Source of the DNA: Alphaproteobacteria bacterium
GTDB lineage: Bacteria; Pseudomonadota; Alphaproteobacteria; UBA9219; RGZA01
NCBI GenBank assembly: GCA_028278105.1
Contig: JANQEX010000091.1
Coordinates: forward strand, 1-56,729
Length of the DNA stretch: 56,729 bases
Direction of reading: 5' to 3'
Program-made: the position numbers and the translations under genes
The notes under the pieces: generated by a model
What the model was told of the DNA's origin: nothing
Seen by the model: the letters and a program-made list of their open reading frames with translations, nothing else
The model's database searches: none
In this document: positions 8,297 to 18,118 of the stretch, one piece after another
Layout of the letters: the number at the start of each line of letters is the position of its first letter
How positions within the stretch are numbered: the first letter of the stretch is position 1

Positions 8297-10087
8297 TCAC
8301 GCCCGGAACTGCATCCGCGCCAGTTTGGCGTAGAGCCCGCCGCGGGCGATCAGTTCGTCATGCGTACCGCTGTCGGCGATCAATCCGCCCTCCAGCACGA
8401 CGATACGGTCGCAGTTGCGGATGGTGGCAAGGCGGTGCGCGATAATCAGCGTGGTGCGGTCATGCATGAGAGCCGCCAGGGCTTCCTGCACCGCGCGCTC
8501 GCTTTGGGAGTCCAGCGCCGAGGTGGCTTCGTCCAGCAGCAACAGGGGAGCGGCGCGCAAGGCCGCCCGCGCAAGGCCGATGCGCTGGCGCTGGCCGCCG
8601 GAAAGCCGCACGCCCTTTTCGCCCAGATAGGTGCGGTAGCCTTGCGGCAGGGCGGCGATGAATTCATGCGCGTTGGCGGCCCGGGCGGCGCGCATCACCT
8701 CATCATCGCCGGCGTCCGGCCGGGCAAGGCGGATATTCGACATGGCGTCGGCCGAAAACAGCGTCACGTCCTGCGGCACCATGCTGATGAGCCGGCGCAA
8801 CGCCTTCGGGTCCATGTCGCGGATATCCACGCCATCCAGCAAGATGCTTCCCGCCTGCGGATCGTGGAAGCGTTGCAGAAGCTGGAACAGCGTGCTTTTC
8901 CCGGCCCCGCTTGGCCCCACAAGGGCCACCCGCTCGCCCGGCATGACGTGAAGGTGAAAATGGTCCAGCGCCGGCGGGCACGGACGGGCCGGGTAGAAAA
9001 AGCTTACATGGCGGAAATCCAGTTCGCCCCGCACCGGGAGGCGCGGCAGGGACGGCGACACAGGCGGCAGGATTTCCGGCTGAAGCGACAATATCTCGAC
9101 GATGCGCTCGGTGGCTCCCGCCGCCCGGTGCAATTCGCCCAGCACCTCGGTCACGGCGCCCATCGCGCCCGCCACCACCACCGCGTAGAAGATAAAGGCC
9201 GAAAGCTGGCCCGCCGTCATGCGTCCGTCCAGCACGTCGCGTCCGCCCAGCCACAAAACGCAGGCCACGCCGCCGAAGACCAGAAAGATCACGCAGGCCG
9301 TCATCCACGCCCGCGCCCGGATACGCCCCAAGGCCGCCTTGAAGGCTTCCTCCACCCGGCGGGTGAAATCGGCCTTTTCGTGCTCTTCCCCGCCGAAGGA
9401 CTGGATGGTGCGGATGCCATGGATGCCTTCATCCAGCCCCACGGCCACGCCCGCCAGCTTTTCCTGGCTGGCCCTGGACAAACGGCGCACATGCCGTCCA
9501 AACAGGATGATCGGCACGACCACCAGCGGCACCATGGCCAGCACAAGGCCCGAAAGGCGCGGGCTGGTGACGATCAGCAAGGCAAGCCCGCCCGCCAGCA
9601 TCAGCAGGTTGCGAAGGGCGATGGAGGCCGAAGATCCCACCACCGTTTGCAAAAGGCCCGTATCGGCATTGATGCGCGAAACAAGGTCGCCCGTGGGCGT
9701 ACTCTCGAAATAAGAGGGGCTAAGCTCCATGAGCCGGGCGAACATCTTCCCGCGCAAATCGGCCACCAGACGCTCGCCCAGCCAGGACACCAGGCTGAAA
9801 CGCGCAAACGTCGCCCCCGCCAGCAACAGGATCAGGCCCAGAAGCACCAGCAAGGTCGTGTTGAGATGCGCCGCGTCTCCGGTGGCGAAGCCTTTGTCCA
9901 CCACGGCGCGCAGCGCGCCGCCCATGGCCAGCACCGTGCCGCTGGCCACAACCAGCGCGGCCAAGGCGCCCCATATCTGCCGCCCGTAAGGCCGCATAAA
10001 AGGCAGCAATGCTCCCAGCACCTGCAAGCTCCGCGCGGGAGGGGGCTGGTTTTGCCCTTGCGAATCGGAAATTCCCGCCAAGGCCAT
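8297..10087 (-). CDS. ABC exporter, fused permease and ATPase (MsbA-like)
   Basis: Six transmembrane segments, GPSGAGKS, LSGGQRQR, LLLDEATSALD; start 10087 or 10120. Confidence 0.93.
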   Translation of the reverse strand: MALAGISDSQGQNQPPPARSLQVLGALLPFMRPYGRQIWGALAALVVASGTVLAMGGALRAVVDKGFATGDAAHLNTTLLVLLGLILLLAGATFARFSLVSWLGERLVADLRGKMFARLMELSPSYFESTPTGDLVSRINADTGLLQTVVGSSASIALRNLLMLAGGLALLIVTSPRLSGLVLAMVPLVVVPIILFGRHVRRLSRASQEKLAGVAVGLDEGIHGIRTIQSFGGEEHEKADFTRRVEEAFKAALGRIRARAWMTACVIFLVFGGVACVLWLGGRDVLDGRMTAGQLSAFIFYAVVVAGAMGAVTEVLGELHRAAGATERIVEILSLQPEILPPVSPSLPRLPVRGELDFRHVSFFYPARPCPPALDHFHLHVMPGERVALVGPSGAGKSTLFQLLQRFHDPQAGSILLDGVDIRDMDPKALRRLISMVPQDVTLFSADAMSNIRLARPDAGDDEVMRAARAANAHEFIAALPQGYRTYLGEKGVRLSGGQRQRIGLARAALRAAPLLLLDEATSALDSQSERAVQEALAALMHDRTTLIIAHRLATIRNCDRIVVLEGGLIADSGTHDELIARGGLYAKLARMQFRA

Positions 10088-10357
10088 GCCGCCTCTTTCT
10101 GCCGAATGCCTTGCGCGCACGAGAAGGGAACCTGTTAAGCTGCTGTTATTAAAAGAAATAATTGCGTTTTGACCTTCAGGGATATTCGGGGTTCAGGCAA
10201 GTTATCCACTGTCCGAAGCTTGCTCTTGACGGCGGAGCGTAAACCCACGCATATCATGTGGCCCTGCAAGGGTTACGGGCCGCGCCCGGCATCCCTTCGC
10301 CAGAGAGCAAACCATAACGTCTCTCCCCGTAAAGAGCCATAGAGGAAAGGTTTTCCA

Positions 10358-10600
10358 ATGAGCGATATCAACGCGCGCGTCAAAAAAATCATCGTCGAGC
10401 ATTTGGGCGTGGATGAGGCAAAAGTCACGGAAAACGCAAGTTTCATTGATGATCTCGGCGCCGACAGCCTTGATACGGTCGAGCTGGTCATGGCGTTTGA
10501 AGAAGAATTCGGCGTCGAAATACCTGACGACGCCGCCGAGAAGATTCTGACCGTCAAGGACGCGATTGATTTCATCAACGCCAAATCCAAGGCCGCGTAA
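10358..10600 (+). CDS. acpP: Acyl carrier protein
   Basis: [20 protein letters not shown]. Confidence 0.98.
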   Translation: MSDINARVKKIIVEHLGVDEAKVTENASFIDDLGADSLDTVELVMAFEEEFGVEIPDDAAEKILTVKDAIDFINAKSKAA

Positions 10601-10660
10601 GCGCGGCCGGAAGCCGGAATAGGCTGATTTCAGACTTTTTTCTGACTTCTGGTTCCTGAA

Positions 10661-11938
10661 ATGCGCCGTGTCGTCGTAACCGGAATGGGTCTTGTCTCGC
10701 CTTTGGGTTTTGGCCTGAAGACGAATTGGGAAAGGCTGACCGCCTCAAGCTCCGGCATCCGCGCCATCACCCATTTTGACGCCAGCGACCTGGCTTGTCG
10801 CATCGCGGGGCTTATCCCGCGGGTCGCGCCGGAGACGCCCAATCCACCCGGCGCGTTCAATCCCGGTCTTCACGTTCCGCCCAAGGACCAGAAGAAGATG
10901 GATGATTTCATCATCTACGGCATGGCGGCGGCGGACGAAGCCATCATGGACAGCGGCTGGATCCCCTCGACGGACGAGGAGCGCGAACGCACGGGCGTGA
11001 CCATCGGCTCCGGCATCGGCGGGCTGAACAGCATCTATGAAACATCGCTCACGCTGAAGGAGAAGGGGCCCAAGCGCGTCTCGCCCTTCTTTATTCCGAT
11101 GAGCCTGATTAACCTGTGCTCCGGGCAGGTATCCATCAAATACGGCTTTACCGGGCCGAACCATGCCAATGTCACCGCCTGTTCCACCGGCGCGCATTCG
11201 ATTGGCGACGCGGCGCGCATGATCGTTTACGGCGATGCCGACGTGATGGTGGCGGGCGGGGCTGAATCCGCCGTGGGCCGCATCGGCATGGCGGGTTTCG
11301 CGGCGCTCCGCGCGCTTTCCACCGGTTTCAACGACAGGCCGCAAAAGGCCTCGCGCCCCTATGACAGGGACCGCGACGGCTTCGTGATGGGCGAGGGCGC
11401 CGGCATTGTGGTGCTGGAAGAGCTGGAGCACGCCAAAAAGCGCGGCGCGCGCATTTATGCCGAGCTGATCGGCTATGGCATGTCGGGCGATGCGTATCAC
11501 ATGACCGCGCCGCCCGAAGACGGCAACGGCGGCTATCGCGCCATGCGCAACGCCCTGAAGGATGCGAAGATTTCACCCGAAGAGGTGGATTACATCAACG
11601 CCCATGGCACGTCCACGCCGCTTGGCGACGAGATTGAACTGAACGCCATCCGGCAATTGTTCGGCCCGGCTATCGAAAACGTTTCCGTCTCCTCCACCAA
11701 ATCGGCCATCGGCCATCTGCTGGGCGCGGCCGGCGGGGTGGAGGCGGTTTATTCCATTCTGGCGGCGAAAAACAATCTGCTCCCGCCCACGCTGAATCTC
11801 GACAACCCGTCTGAAAACTGCGGCGGGGTGGATCTCGTCCCCAAAAAGACGCGCGAGAAAAACATCCGGGTTACGCTTTCCAACTCCTTCGGCTTCGGCG
11901 GCACCAACGCCTGCCTGATTTTCCGGGAGTGGGAGTAA
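10661..11938 (+). CDS. fabF: 3-oxoacyl-ACP synthase II
   Basis: TACSTG, NAHGTST, GHLLGAAG, SNSFGFGGTN. Confidence 0.97.
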   Translation: MRRVVVTGMGLVSPLGFGLKTNWERLTASSSGIRAITHFDASDLACRIAGLIPRVAPETPNPPGAFNPGLHVPPKDQKKMDDFIIYGMAAADEAIMDSGWIPSTDEERERTGVTIGSGIGGLNSIYETSLTLKEKGPKRVSPFFIPMSLINLCSGQVSIKYGFTGPNHANVTACSTGAHSIGDAARMIVYGDADVMVAGGAESAVGRIGMAGFAALRALSTGFNDRPQKASRPYDRDRDGFVMGEGAGIVVLEELEHAKKRGARIYAELIGYGMSGDAYHMTAPPEDGNGGYRAMRNALKDAKISPEEVDYINAHGTSTPLGDEIELNAIRQLFGPAIENVSVSSTKSAIGHLLGAAGGVEAVYSILAAKNNLLPPTLNLDNPSENCGGVDLVPKKTREKNIRVTLSNSFGFGGTNACLIFREWE

Positions 11939-12085
11939 TATCGAGAGAATCATGAAATGACTCACAAACCCAGTAATGTCACCCCCGCGAAGGCGGGGGT
12001 CTACGCTTTGAATCTATGGACTTTAAAGCGTGGATGCCCGCCTGCGCGGGCATGACGACTCTTCTTGCAGGATGGAGCAAGTCGT
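11937..12085. repeat. Degenerate family-3 MITE with REP doublet
   Basis: GTCACCCCCGCGAAGGCGGGGGTCTACGCTTT and GCGTGGATGCCCGCCTGCGCGGGCATGACG almost identical to 1940-2027; ATGAAATGACTCA at the left end. Confidence 0.7.
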
Positions 12086-12169
12086 AATTGGCCACAGGTT
12101 TCTTTAATAGTTGCTGGTTTCACCCCCATTCTCAATGGAAAACGGAGTCGATTTTTACGGAGACACATC

Positions 12170-12829
12170 ATGTTTTCAAGAATGATTGTAGCCTTCCTGA
12201 TCCTGCTCTTTTCGAATTCTGTGCAAGCCGCTCCGGTTAAAGACGCGCGGCCCAACCCTTTTCCCGCGCCGGAGATTGGCGGCGAAGGCAAATATGACGT
12301 CACCGAAGGCAATATCCGCGCCCTTCTGGACGAAAGCCGCGGCCGGGCGAAAGTGGAAGACACGGGCGGTCCGGCCGCCGGCCATCAGACGCCTGAGACC
12401 TATCTGGGCGCCGCGCGCGGCGCGCGTCATGCGCTGGAGCCCGGCGAAGGGAAGAACAGCTACACATTCGCCAAAAGCCTTGCGCCGGATCACTGGACCC
12501 TTTCGGGAAGCTGGAAGCGCTACCCCGAATATATCGAAACGCAAAAGGCCGGTGCGGCGCTGCGTCTGCGCTTTCGTGGCGGCAAGGTGTTTCTGGTCAT
12601 GGGCAGCACCACCGGCAAGCCCGTGAAGGCGCGCATACTCCATAACGGCACGCCGGTCGCCAACCACGGCGGGGCGGATGCGAAAACCGGCATCGTCACC
12701 GTGGACGATCACCGGCTATACGAGCTTTTGAACCGCCGTGTGCCGCGCATCGACAACGAAGCCGGCCTGATCGATATTCAGGCCCTCGGCCCCGGCTTGC
12801 AGGCCTATGTGTTTACGTTTGGGGGGTAG
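12170..12829 (+). CDS. Secreted protein with DipZ-type C-terminal beta-sandwich domain, no thioredoxin domain
   Basis: GGAG RBS, signal peptide ending VQA, GEG.Y..TE..IR.LL.E, TPETYLG, VFLVMG, LYEL, G..AYVFTFG; no CxxC. Confidence 0.7.
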   Translation: MFSRMIVAFLILLFSNSVQAAPVKDARPNPFPAPEIGGEGKYDVTEGNIRALLDESRGRAKVEDTGGPAAGHQTPETYLGAARGARHALEPGEGKNSYTFAKSLAPDHWTLSGSWKRYPEYIETQKAGAALRLRFRGGKVFLVMGSTTGKPVKARILHNGTPVANHGGADAKTGIVTVDDHRLYELLNRRVPRIDNEAGLIDIQALGPGLQAYVFTFGG

Positions 12830-12851
12830 GGCAAATTTCGCGCTTCTGATA

Positions 12852-13616
12852 TTACTCCACAAACTGCTCCTGGATCATTTTTTCGGCCAGGTTGTGTTTG
12901 GGATCGAACAGGATCTGGATGCTGACCGAGCGGTCTTCCTGAATGCGCACGCGGCGCAGGTTGCGCGCTTCGGTAAAATCGGCCGTGGCGCTGACGGGGC
13001 GCTTTTCGTGCTCCTGCACCTCAATATCAATCACCGCGCGCGCGGGCAAAAGCGCGCCTTTCCAGCGGCGCGGGCGAAAGGCGGCGATGGGAGTCAGCGC
13101 CAGCAGCGACGCCCCCAGCGGAATAATCGGTCCATGCACCGAAAGATTATAGGCCGTGCTGCCCGCGGGCGTGGCCACCATCACCCCGTCGCCATTTAGC
13201 GTGGACAGCCGCTCGATGCCGTCCACCGAAAGGCGCAGCTTGGCGCTTTGTCGCGTCTGGCGCAGCAGCGACACCTCGTTGAAAGCATAGGCACGCACCG
13301 TTTCGGTTTGCGTCACCGCTTGCATCACAAGAGGATGCAACTCCACCGGCTCGGCCAGAACAATATGTTCGATCAACTCCTTGTCGTCATACTCGTTGCA
13401 AAGAAAGCCATGCGCGCCGAGATTCAGGCCATAGACCGGCTTGCCGTATTTCATGACATGGTGAAGCGTGTGCAGCATGAACCCGTCGCCGCCCAGCGAG
13501 ACGATGACGTCGGCCTCCTCAATCGGTGCCGACCCGTAACGGGCGGCGATCTCTTTCTGCGCGTCTTGGGCGACGGAGGTTTCGGCAGCTAGAAAGGTCA
13601 GTTTGGGCTCGGCCAT
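12852..13616 (-). CDS. nadK: NAD kinase
   Basis: LGGDGFML, AFNEVSL, GDGVMVATPAGSTAYNLS. Confidence 0.95.
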   Translation of the reverse strand: MAEPKLTFLAAETSVAQDAQKEIAARYGSAPIEEADVIVSLGGDGFMLHTLHHVMKYGKPVYGLNLGAHGFLCNEYDDKELIEHIVLAEPVELHPLVMQAVTQTETVRAYAFNEVSLLRQTRQSAKLRLSVDGIERLSTLNGDGVMVATPAGSTAYNLSVHGPIIPLGASLLALTPIAAFRPRRWKGALLPARAVIDIEVQEHEKRPVSATADFTEARNLRRVRIQEDRSVSIQILFDPKHNLAEKMIQEQFVE

Positions 13617-13713
13617 TAAGGGTCCTTGACGGAAGACGGCAAACCGGTGGACTTCTTCAACCAGTATGATAGCAATTTTCAGTTCCTGTTACATACCGAT
13701 AATACGGTCTCAC

Positions 13714-14343
13714 ATGCTGCTCGACCTGCGAATCCTCGAACTTCTGGCCTCCAAGCTTTGTCACGACCTTATCAGCCCGGTGGGGGCGATCAACAACGGG
13801 GTTGAGTTGATTGAGGATATCGGCGCTTCCGTGACCGGCGACGCCATGAAGCTTATCGCGTCCAGCGCCCAACAGGCGGCGCGGCGGCTTCGGCTGTTCC
13901 GGCTGGCCTATGGACGGGCGGGAGCCGAGGGAGTGCCGCTGCACGATGCGCGCAATGTGGCGCGCGAATATCTTGCGCACGGCAAGACCAGCCTGAAATG
14001 GGATGAAAACCTTCCCATTTCCGGGTTTGCCGAGTTGAGAGGCGCGCTGAAAATTTTGCTGAACTGCATTGTGCTGGCCGAAGATTCACTCAGCCATGGG
14101 GGCACGATAACCGTTGAACCGGCCCCTTCGGGAAGCGCGGGCGTGTCGGTCACCGCCCATGGCAGTCACGCGCTTTTTTCCGATGCCGCGCGCGCCGCGC
14201 TGGCCGGAGAGACGCCCGTGGAAGAGGTGACGCCCCGCACCGTGCATGCCTATGTACTCCGCGGCTTCTCCGAACATTACGGGCTTAAAATAAGCGTGCA
14301 GCAAATTTCCGAAGAAAAGCTGAGTATTTTGGTTCTTCCATAA
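13714..14343 (+). CDS. chpT: Histidine phosphotransferase ChpT
   Basis: LASKLCHDLISPVGAINNGVEL and FRLAYG motifs; lies upstream of cheA near ctrA. Confidence 0.9.
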   Translation: MLLDLRILELLASKLCHDLISPVGAINNGVELIEDIGASVTGDAMKLIASSAQQAARRLRLFRLAYGRAGAEGVPLHDARNVAREYLAHGKTSLKWDENLPISGFAELRGALKILLNCIVLAEDSLSHGGTITVEPAPSGSAGVSVTAHGSHALFSDAARAALAGETPVEEVTPRTVHAYVLRGFSEHYGLKISVQQISEEKLSILVLP

Positions 14344-14421
14344 ACGCGATATTTCTGGCCGCGTCACGATCTTTTTGCTTCGACCACACGCCGGTATATT
14401 GATCACCGCGTCAGGACAGGG

Positions 14422-14436
14422 ATAACCGCTTATTAA
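14422..14436. promoter_or_regulatory. CtrA-box-like site upstream of cheA
   Basis: ATAA-ccgctta-TTAA, one mismatch to TTAA-N7-TTAA. Confidence 0.45.
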
Positions 14437-14504
14437 GCTTTGCGTTGAAAAATGATGCTCTTACAGTCGTAAGGCCGTCAACTCTCTCCCATCCTGCGCG
14501 CCCC

Positions 14505-17177
14505 ATGGATGAGCTTCTCCAAGACTTCCTGACCGAGACCAACGAAAACCTCGCCGTACTGGATAATCAGCTCGTCACGCTGGAGCAAAATCCGAACGAT
14601 CCCACGCTGCTGAGCAGCATTTTCCGCATTGTTCATACCATCAAGGGCACCTGCGGCTTTCTGGGGCTGCCGCGGCTTGAAAGCGTGGCGCATGCGTCGG
14701 AAAACGTGCTGGGAAAATTCCGCGATGGTCTTGTGCCGGTCAATGCCGGCGCGGTCAGCCTTATTCTTGAATCGCTGGATGCCATCAAACGGATCCTTGC
14801 CATTCTGGAGCAGACGGAAAGAGAGCCCGACGGCGACGATGTCGACCTCATCATGCGGCTCAACGCGCTGGCGGAAGGCGAGACCGTCGCTCCGGCCACC
14901 CCCGCGCCGGCTGCTCCCGACCCGGAGCCGGAAGCTCCAACCGTGGAATTCGAGCCTGAGCCGGAGCCAGAGCCCGAACCTGAATCCGGGTCCGAACCCA
15001 AGCCCGAACCCCCGGCGCGCGTGGAAGAAGACGCGCAAGCGGAAGAAGCGGTTTCCAGCGAAGCCGCCAAACCCGACCCCATGACCATCGGCGGCGCGGC
15101 GGATACAAAGGAGTCCGCCGTCGCCCATCAGTCAATCCGGGTCAATGTCGATCTTCTGGAAAATCTGATGACCACCATCAGCGAGCTGGTGCTGACGCGC
15201 AACCAGCTTCTGCAGATCCTGCGCACGCAAGGGGAAAGCGCCTTCACCGCGCCCTTGCAGCGCCTGAACCAGATCACTTCCGAGTTGCAGGACGGAGTGA
15301 TGAAAACCCGCATGCAGCCCATCGGCAACGCCTGGGCCAAGCTGCCGCGCGTCGTGCGCGACCTGTCGGTGGAACTCGGCAAGAAAATGGACTTGCAGAT
15401 GCGGGGCGCCGAGACCGAGCTTGACCGGCAGGTGCTTGAGCTTGTCAAAGACCCGCTGACCCATATGGTGCGCAATTCCGCCGATCACGGCATCGAAATG
15501 CCGGCGGACCGCGTCCGCGCCGGCAAGAACGAAACGGGCGTCATTACCCTGAACGCCTTTCATGAAGGCGGTCACATCATTATCGAGATAAAGGACGACG
15601 GCAAGGGACTGCCGGTGGAAAAAATCAAGAGCAAGGCCGTCGCCAGCGGGATGGCCAGCGCCCTCCAGCTCGCTTCCATGAGCGAGCAGCAGATCCAGCA
15701 ATTCATCTTCCGCCCCGGCTTTTCCACCGCTTCGGAGGTCACGTCCGTTTCCGGCCGCGGGGTGGGCATGGACGTGGTGAAAACCAATATCGAAAAAATC
15801 GGCGGCACAATCGAGCTTTTCTCGCAGGAAGGCAAAGGCTCGTGCTTCACCATCAAAATTCCCCTTACCCTGGCCATTGTCTCGGCCCTTATCGTCGAAT
15901 GCGCGGGCGAGCGCTTTGCCATTCCTCAAATCAGCGTCCTCGAACTGGTGCGCACCACCGCCACCAGCGAGCAGCGAATTGAGGAAATCAACACCACCCC
16001 CGTTTTGCGCCTGCGCAACCGGTTGCTGCCGCTGGCATTCCTGCGCCGCATCCTCGACCTGGACGAGCCGGAAAAGAAACAGGAGTCCGCCTACATCGTG
16101 GTCACGCATATGGGCACGTCGGTATTCGGCCTTGTCGTCGACAAGGTCTATGACACCGAGGAAATCGTGGTGAAACCGGTCACCAGCCTGCTGCGCCACA
16201 TCGATCTTTATTCCGGCAACACCATCCTTGGCGATGGCAGTGTTATCATGATCCTTGATCCGAGCGGCATTGCCGCGCGCGTGGGTGAAATCCAGGGCGC
16301 CGCCAAGGAAGACAAGGCCCAGCAGAAAAAAGCCGGCGGCCGCGATGATGCCGCCACCTTCATGCTGTTTCGCGCCGGCGACGGCTCGCCCAAGGCGGTG
16401 CCGCTGTCCCTGATTTCGCGCCTGGAAGACGTTGACATGACCAAGGTGGAACACTCTTCCGGCCAGCGCGTCATTCAGTACCGTGGCAGGCTGATGCCGC
16501 TTCTGCCCATCAACGACAATTTCCCGATACCGGACGAAGGCAATATGCCGGTTCTGGTCTTTTCGGATCAGGGCCGCTGCATGGGCCTGATTGTCCAGGA
16601 AATTCTCGACATCGTCGAAGACAGGCTCCATGTCGACCTGCACGGAACAAGCCCGGACGGCAGCATACTGGGCAGCGCCATCATTGCCGGCAAGGCCACC
16701 GATGTCATCGACGCCGGCTATTATCTGACGCAGGCTTTCAGCGACTGGTTCAGCGTGCGGGATAACGCCGCCAATTTCCAGCAACCCGCCACGCGGCGGG
16801 TGTTGCTGGTGGACGACAGCGCTTTCTTCCGCAATCTGCTTGCCCCGCTGCTGAGCGTGGCGGGTTACGACGTGACCGCGGTGGAAAGCGGCGCGCAGGC
16901 GCTGGACCTGTGCACATCAGGCATTCTTTTTGACGTCATTGTCAGCGATCTTGAAATGCCGGGCATGAATGGATTCGAATTCGCCGCCAAGGCGCAGGCT
17001 TCGGAAAAATGGGCCAACACCCCCATGATCGCGCTTACCTCGCACAGCACGCCGAAAGATATCGAGCGCAGTCATGAGGCCGGGTTTGCCGATCATGTGG
17101 CCAAGTTCGACCGCGACCGGCTTCTGGCGACTCTCGCCCAGGTTATGTCCCGGAAAAACATGAGGAAATCCGCGTGA
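14505..17177 (+). CDS. cheA: Hybrid chemotaxis kinase CheA with two CheW domains and C-terminal receiver
   Basis: Hpt IVHTIKGTCGF, HMVRNSADHGIE, DDGKG, SGRGVGMDVV, terminal VLLVDDS...SDLEMP; Glu-Pro linker. Confidence 0.96.
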   Translation: MDELLQDFLTETNENLAVLDNQLVTLEQNPNDPTLLSSIFRIVHTIKGTCGFLGLPRLESVAHASENVLGKFRDGLVPVNAGAVSLILESLDAIKRILAILEQTEREPDGDDVDLIMRLNALAEGETVAPATPAPAAPDPEPEAPTVEFEPEPEPEPEPESGSEPKPEPPARVEEDAQAEEAVSSEAAKPDPMTIGGAADTKESAVAHQSIRVNVDLLENLMTTISELVLTRNQLLQILRTQGESAFTAPLQRLNQITSELQDGVMKTRMQPIGNAWAKLPRVVRDLSVELGKKMDLQMRGAETELDRQVLELVKDPLTHMVRNSADHGIEMPADRVRAGKNETGVITLNAFHEGGHIIIEIKDDGKGLPVEKIKSKAVASGMASALQLASMSEQQIQQFIFRPGFSTASEVTSVSGRGVGMDVVKTNIEKIGGTIELFSQEGKGSCFTIKIPLTLAIVSALIVECAGERFAIPQISVLELVRTTATSEQRIEEINTTPVLRLRNRLLPLAFLRRILDLDEPEKKQESAYIVVTHMGTSVFGLVVDKVYDTEEIVVKPVTSLLRHIDLYSGNTILGDGSVIMILDPSGIAARVGEIQGAAKEDKAQQKKAGGRDDAATFMLFRAGDGSPKAVPLSLISRLEDVDMTKVEHSSGQRVIQYRGRLMPLLPINDNFPIPDEGNMPVLVFSDQGRCMGLIVQEILDIVEDRLHVDLHGTSPDGSILGSAIIAGKATDVIDAGYYLTQAFSDWFSVRDNAANFQQPATRRVLLVDDSAFFRNLLAPLLSVAGYDVTAVESGAQALDLCTSGILFDVIVSDLEMPGMNGFEFAAKAQASEKWANTPMIALTSHSTPKDIERSHEAGFADHVAKFDRDRLLATLAQVMSRKNMRKSA

Positions 17178-17686
17178 GTTCCGAACTTGTCCCTGCCGCG
17201 GCGCCATCCATGAATGTCCAGTTCTTTACCGGACAGGCATCCGATCTGGTTACATTCATGCTTGGCGCGCAAACTTTCGGCGTTCCCGTCTTGCAGGTGC
17301 AAGATGTGTTGAACAACCAAAAAATCGCGCGCATACCCCTGGCGCCGGCGCAGGTCTGCGGCTCGATCAACCTGCGCGGCCGCATCGCCACGACGATCAA
17401 CGTGCGGCGTTGCCTGAACCTGCCGCCCAAAACCGGCTCCGCCTCCATGTTCATCGTCGTGGAAAACAAGGAAGAGCTATACAGCCTGATGGTCGACAAG
17501 GTTGGCGATGTGATGAGCCTGTCCATGACCGATTTTGAACCGAATCCGATCAACCTGGATCCCGCCTGGAAAGCCATCGCGGGCGGCGTTTTCCGGTTGA
17601 AGGACCAGTTGCTGGTAGTCCTCGACGTTCTGCGCCTGCTGAACCTTGTGCACATGCAAAGCGGCGGGGTATCTTCCAAGGCCTAG
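17174..17686 (+). CDS. cheW: Chemotaxis protein CheW
   Basis: IPLAP..V.GSINLRGRI and LMVDKVGDV; GTG start overlapping the cheA stop. Confidence 0.93.
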   Translation: MSSELVPAAAPSMNVQFFTGQASDLVTFMLGAQTFGVPVLQVQDVLNNQKIARIPLAPAQVCGSINLRGRIATTINVRRCLNLPPKTGSASMFIVVENKEELYSLMVDKVGDVMSLSMTDFEPNPINLDPAWKAIAGGVFRLKDQLLVVLDVLRLLNLVHMQSGGVSSKA

Positions 17687-17733
17687 GCCAATCAACTGTC
17701 TGATTGGTTACAACACCGTTGAAGGGTTGATAA

Positions 17734-18117
17734 ATGGCCGGGAAATCCTGCCTGATCGTTGAAGACAGCCGCGTCGTCCGCAAGGTGGCCCGTACGATCA
17801 TGACGGGCTTTCAATACGAATGCCGCGAGGCCGAAAACGGCCAGCTTGCCGTCGAGGAATGTGAAAAAGCCATGCCCGACGTGGTGCTGCTCGACTGGAA
17901 CATGCCCGTCATGAACGGGCTGGATTTCCTCCACAAGCTCCGCTCCATGCCCGGCGGCGACGCGCCGAAAGTCATTTTTTGCACGACGGAAAATGAAATG
18001 TCCCGCATTCAGGAGGGCATGGGAGCCGGGGCTGACGAATACATCATGAAGCCTTTCGACGGCGACATTATCCGTTCCAAGCTGGAAATGCTTGGTCTGA
18101 TCGAAGAAGGCGGCTGA
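17734..18117 (+). CDS. cheY: Chemotaxis response regulator CheY
   Basis: Single receiver domain LLDWNMP, FCTTE, YIMKPF in the che operon. Confidence 0.92.
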   Translation: MAGKSCLIVEDSRVVRKVARTIMTGFQYECREAENGQLAVEECEKAMPDVVLLDWNMPVMNGLDFLHKLRSMPGGDAPKVIFCTTENEMSRIQEGMGAGADEYIMKPFDGDIIRSKLEMLGLIEEGG

Positions 18118-18118
18118 C

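Noticed and set aside
14918-15015. GAGCC(G/T/A) tandem repeat in cheA as a contingency locus
   Set aside because: Imperfect in-frame codons for the Glu-Pro linker that commonly follows the CheA Hpt domain.
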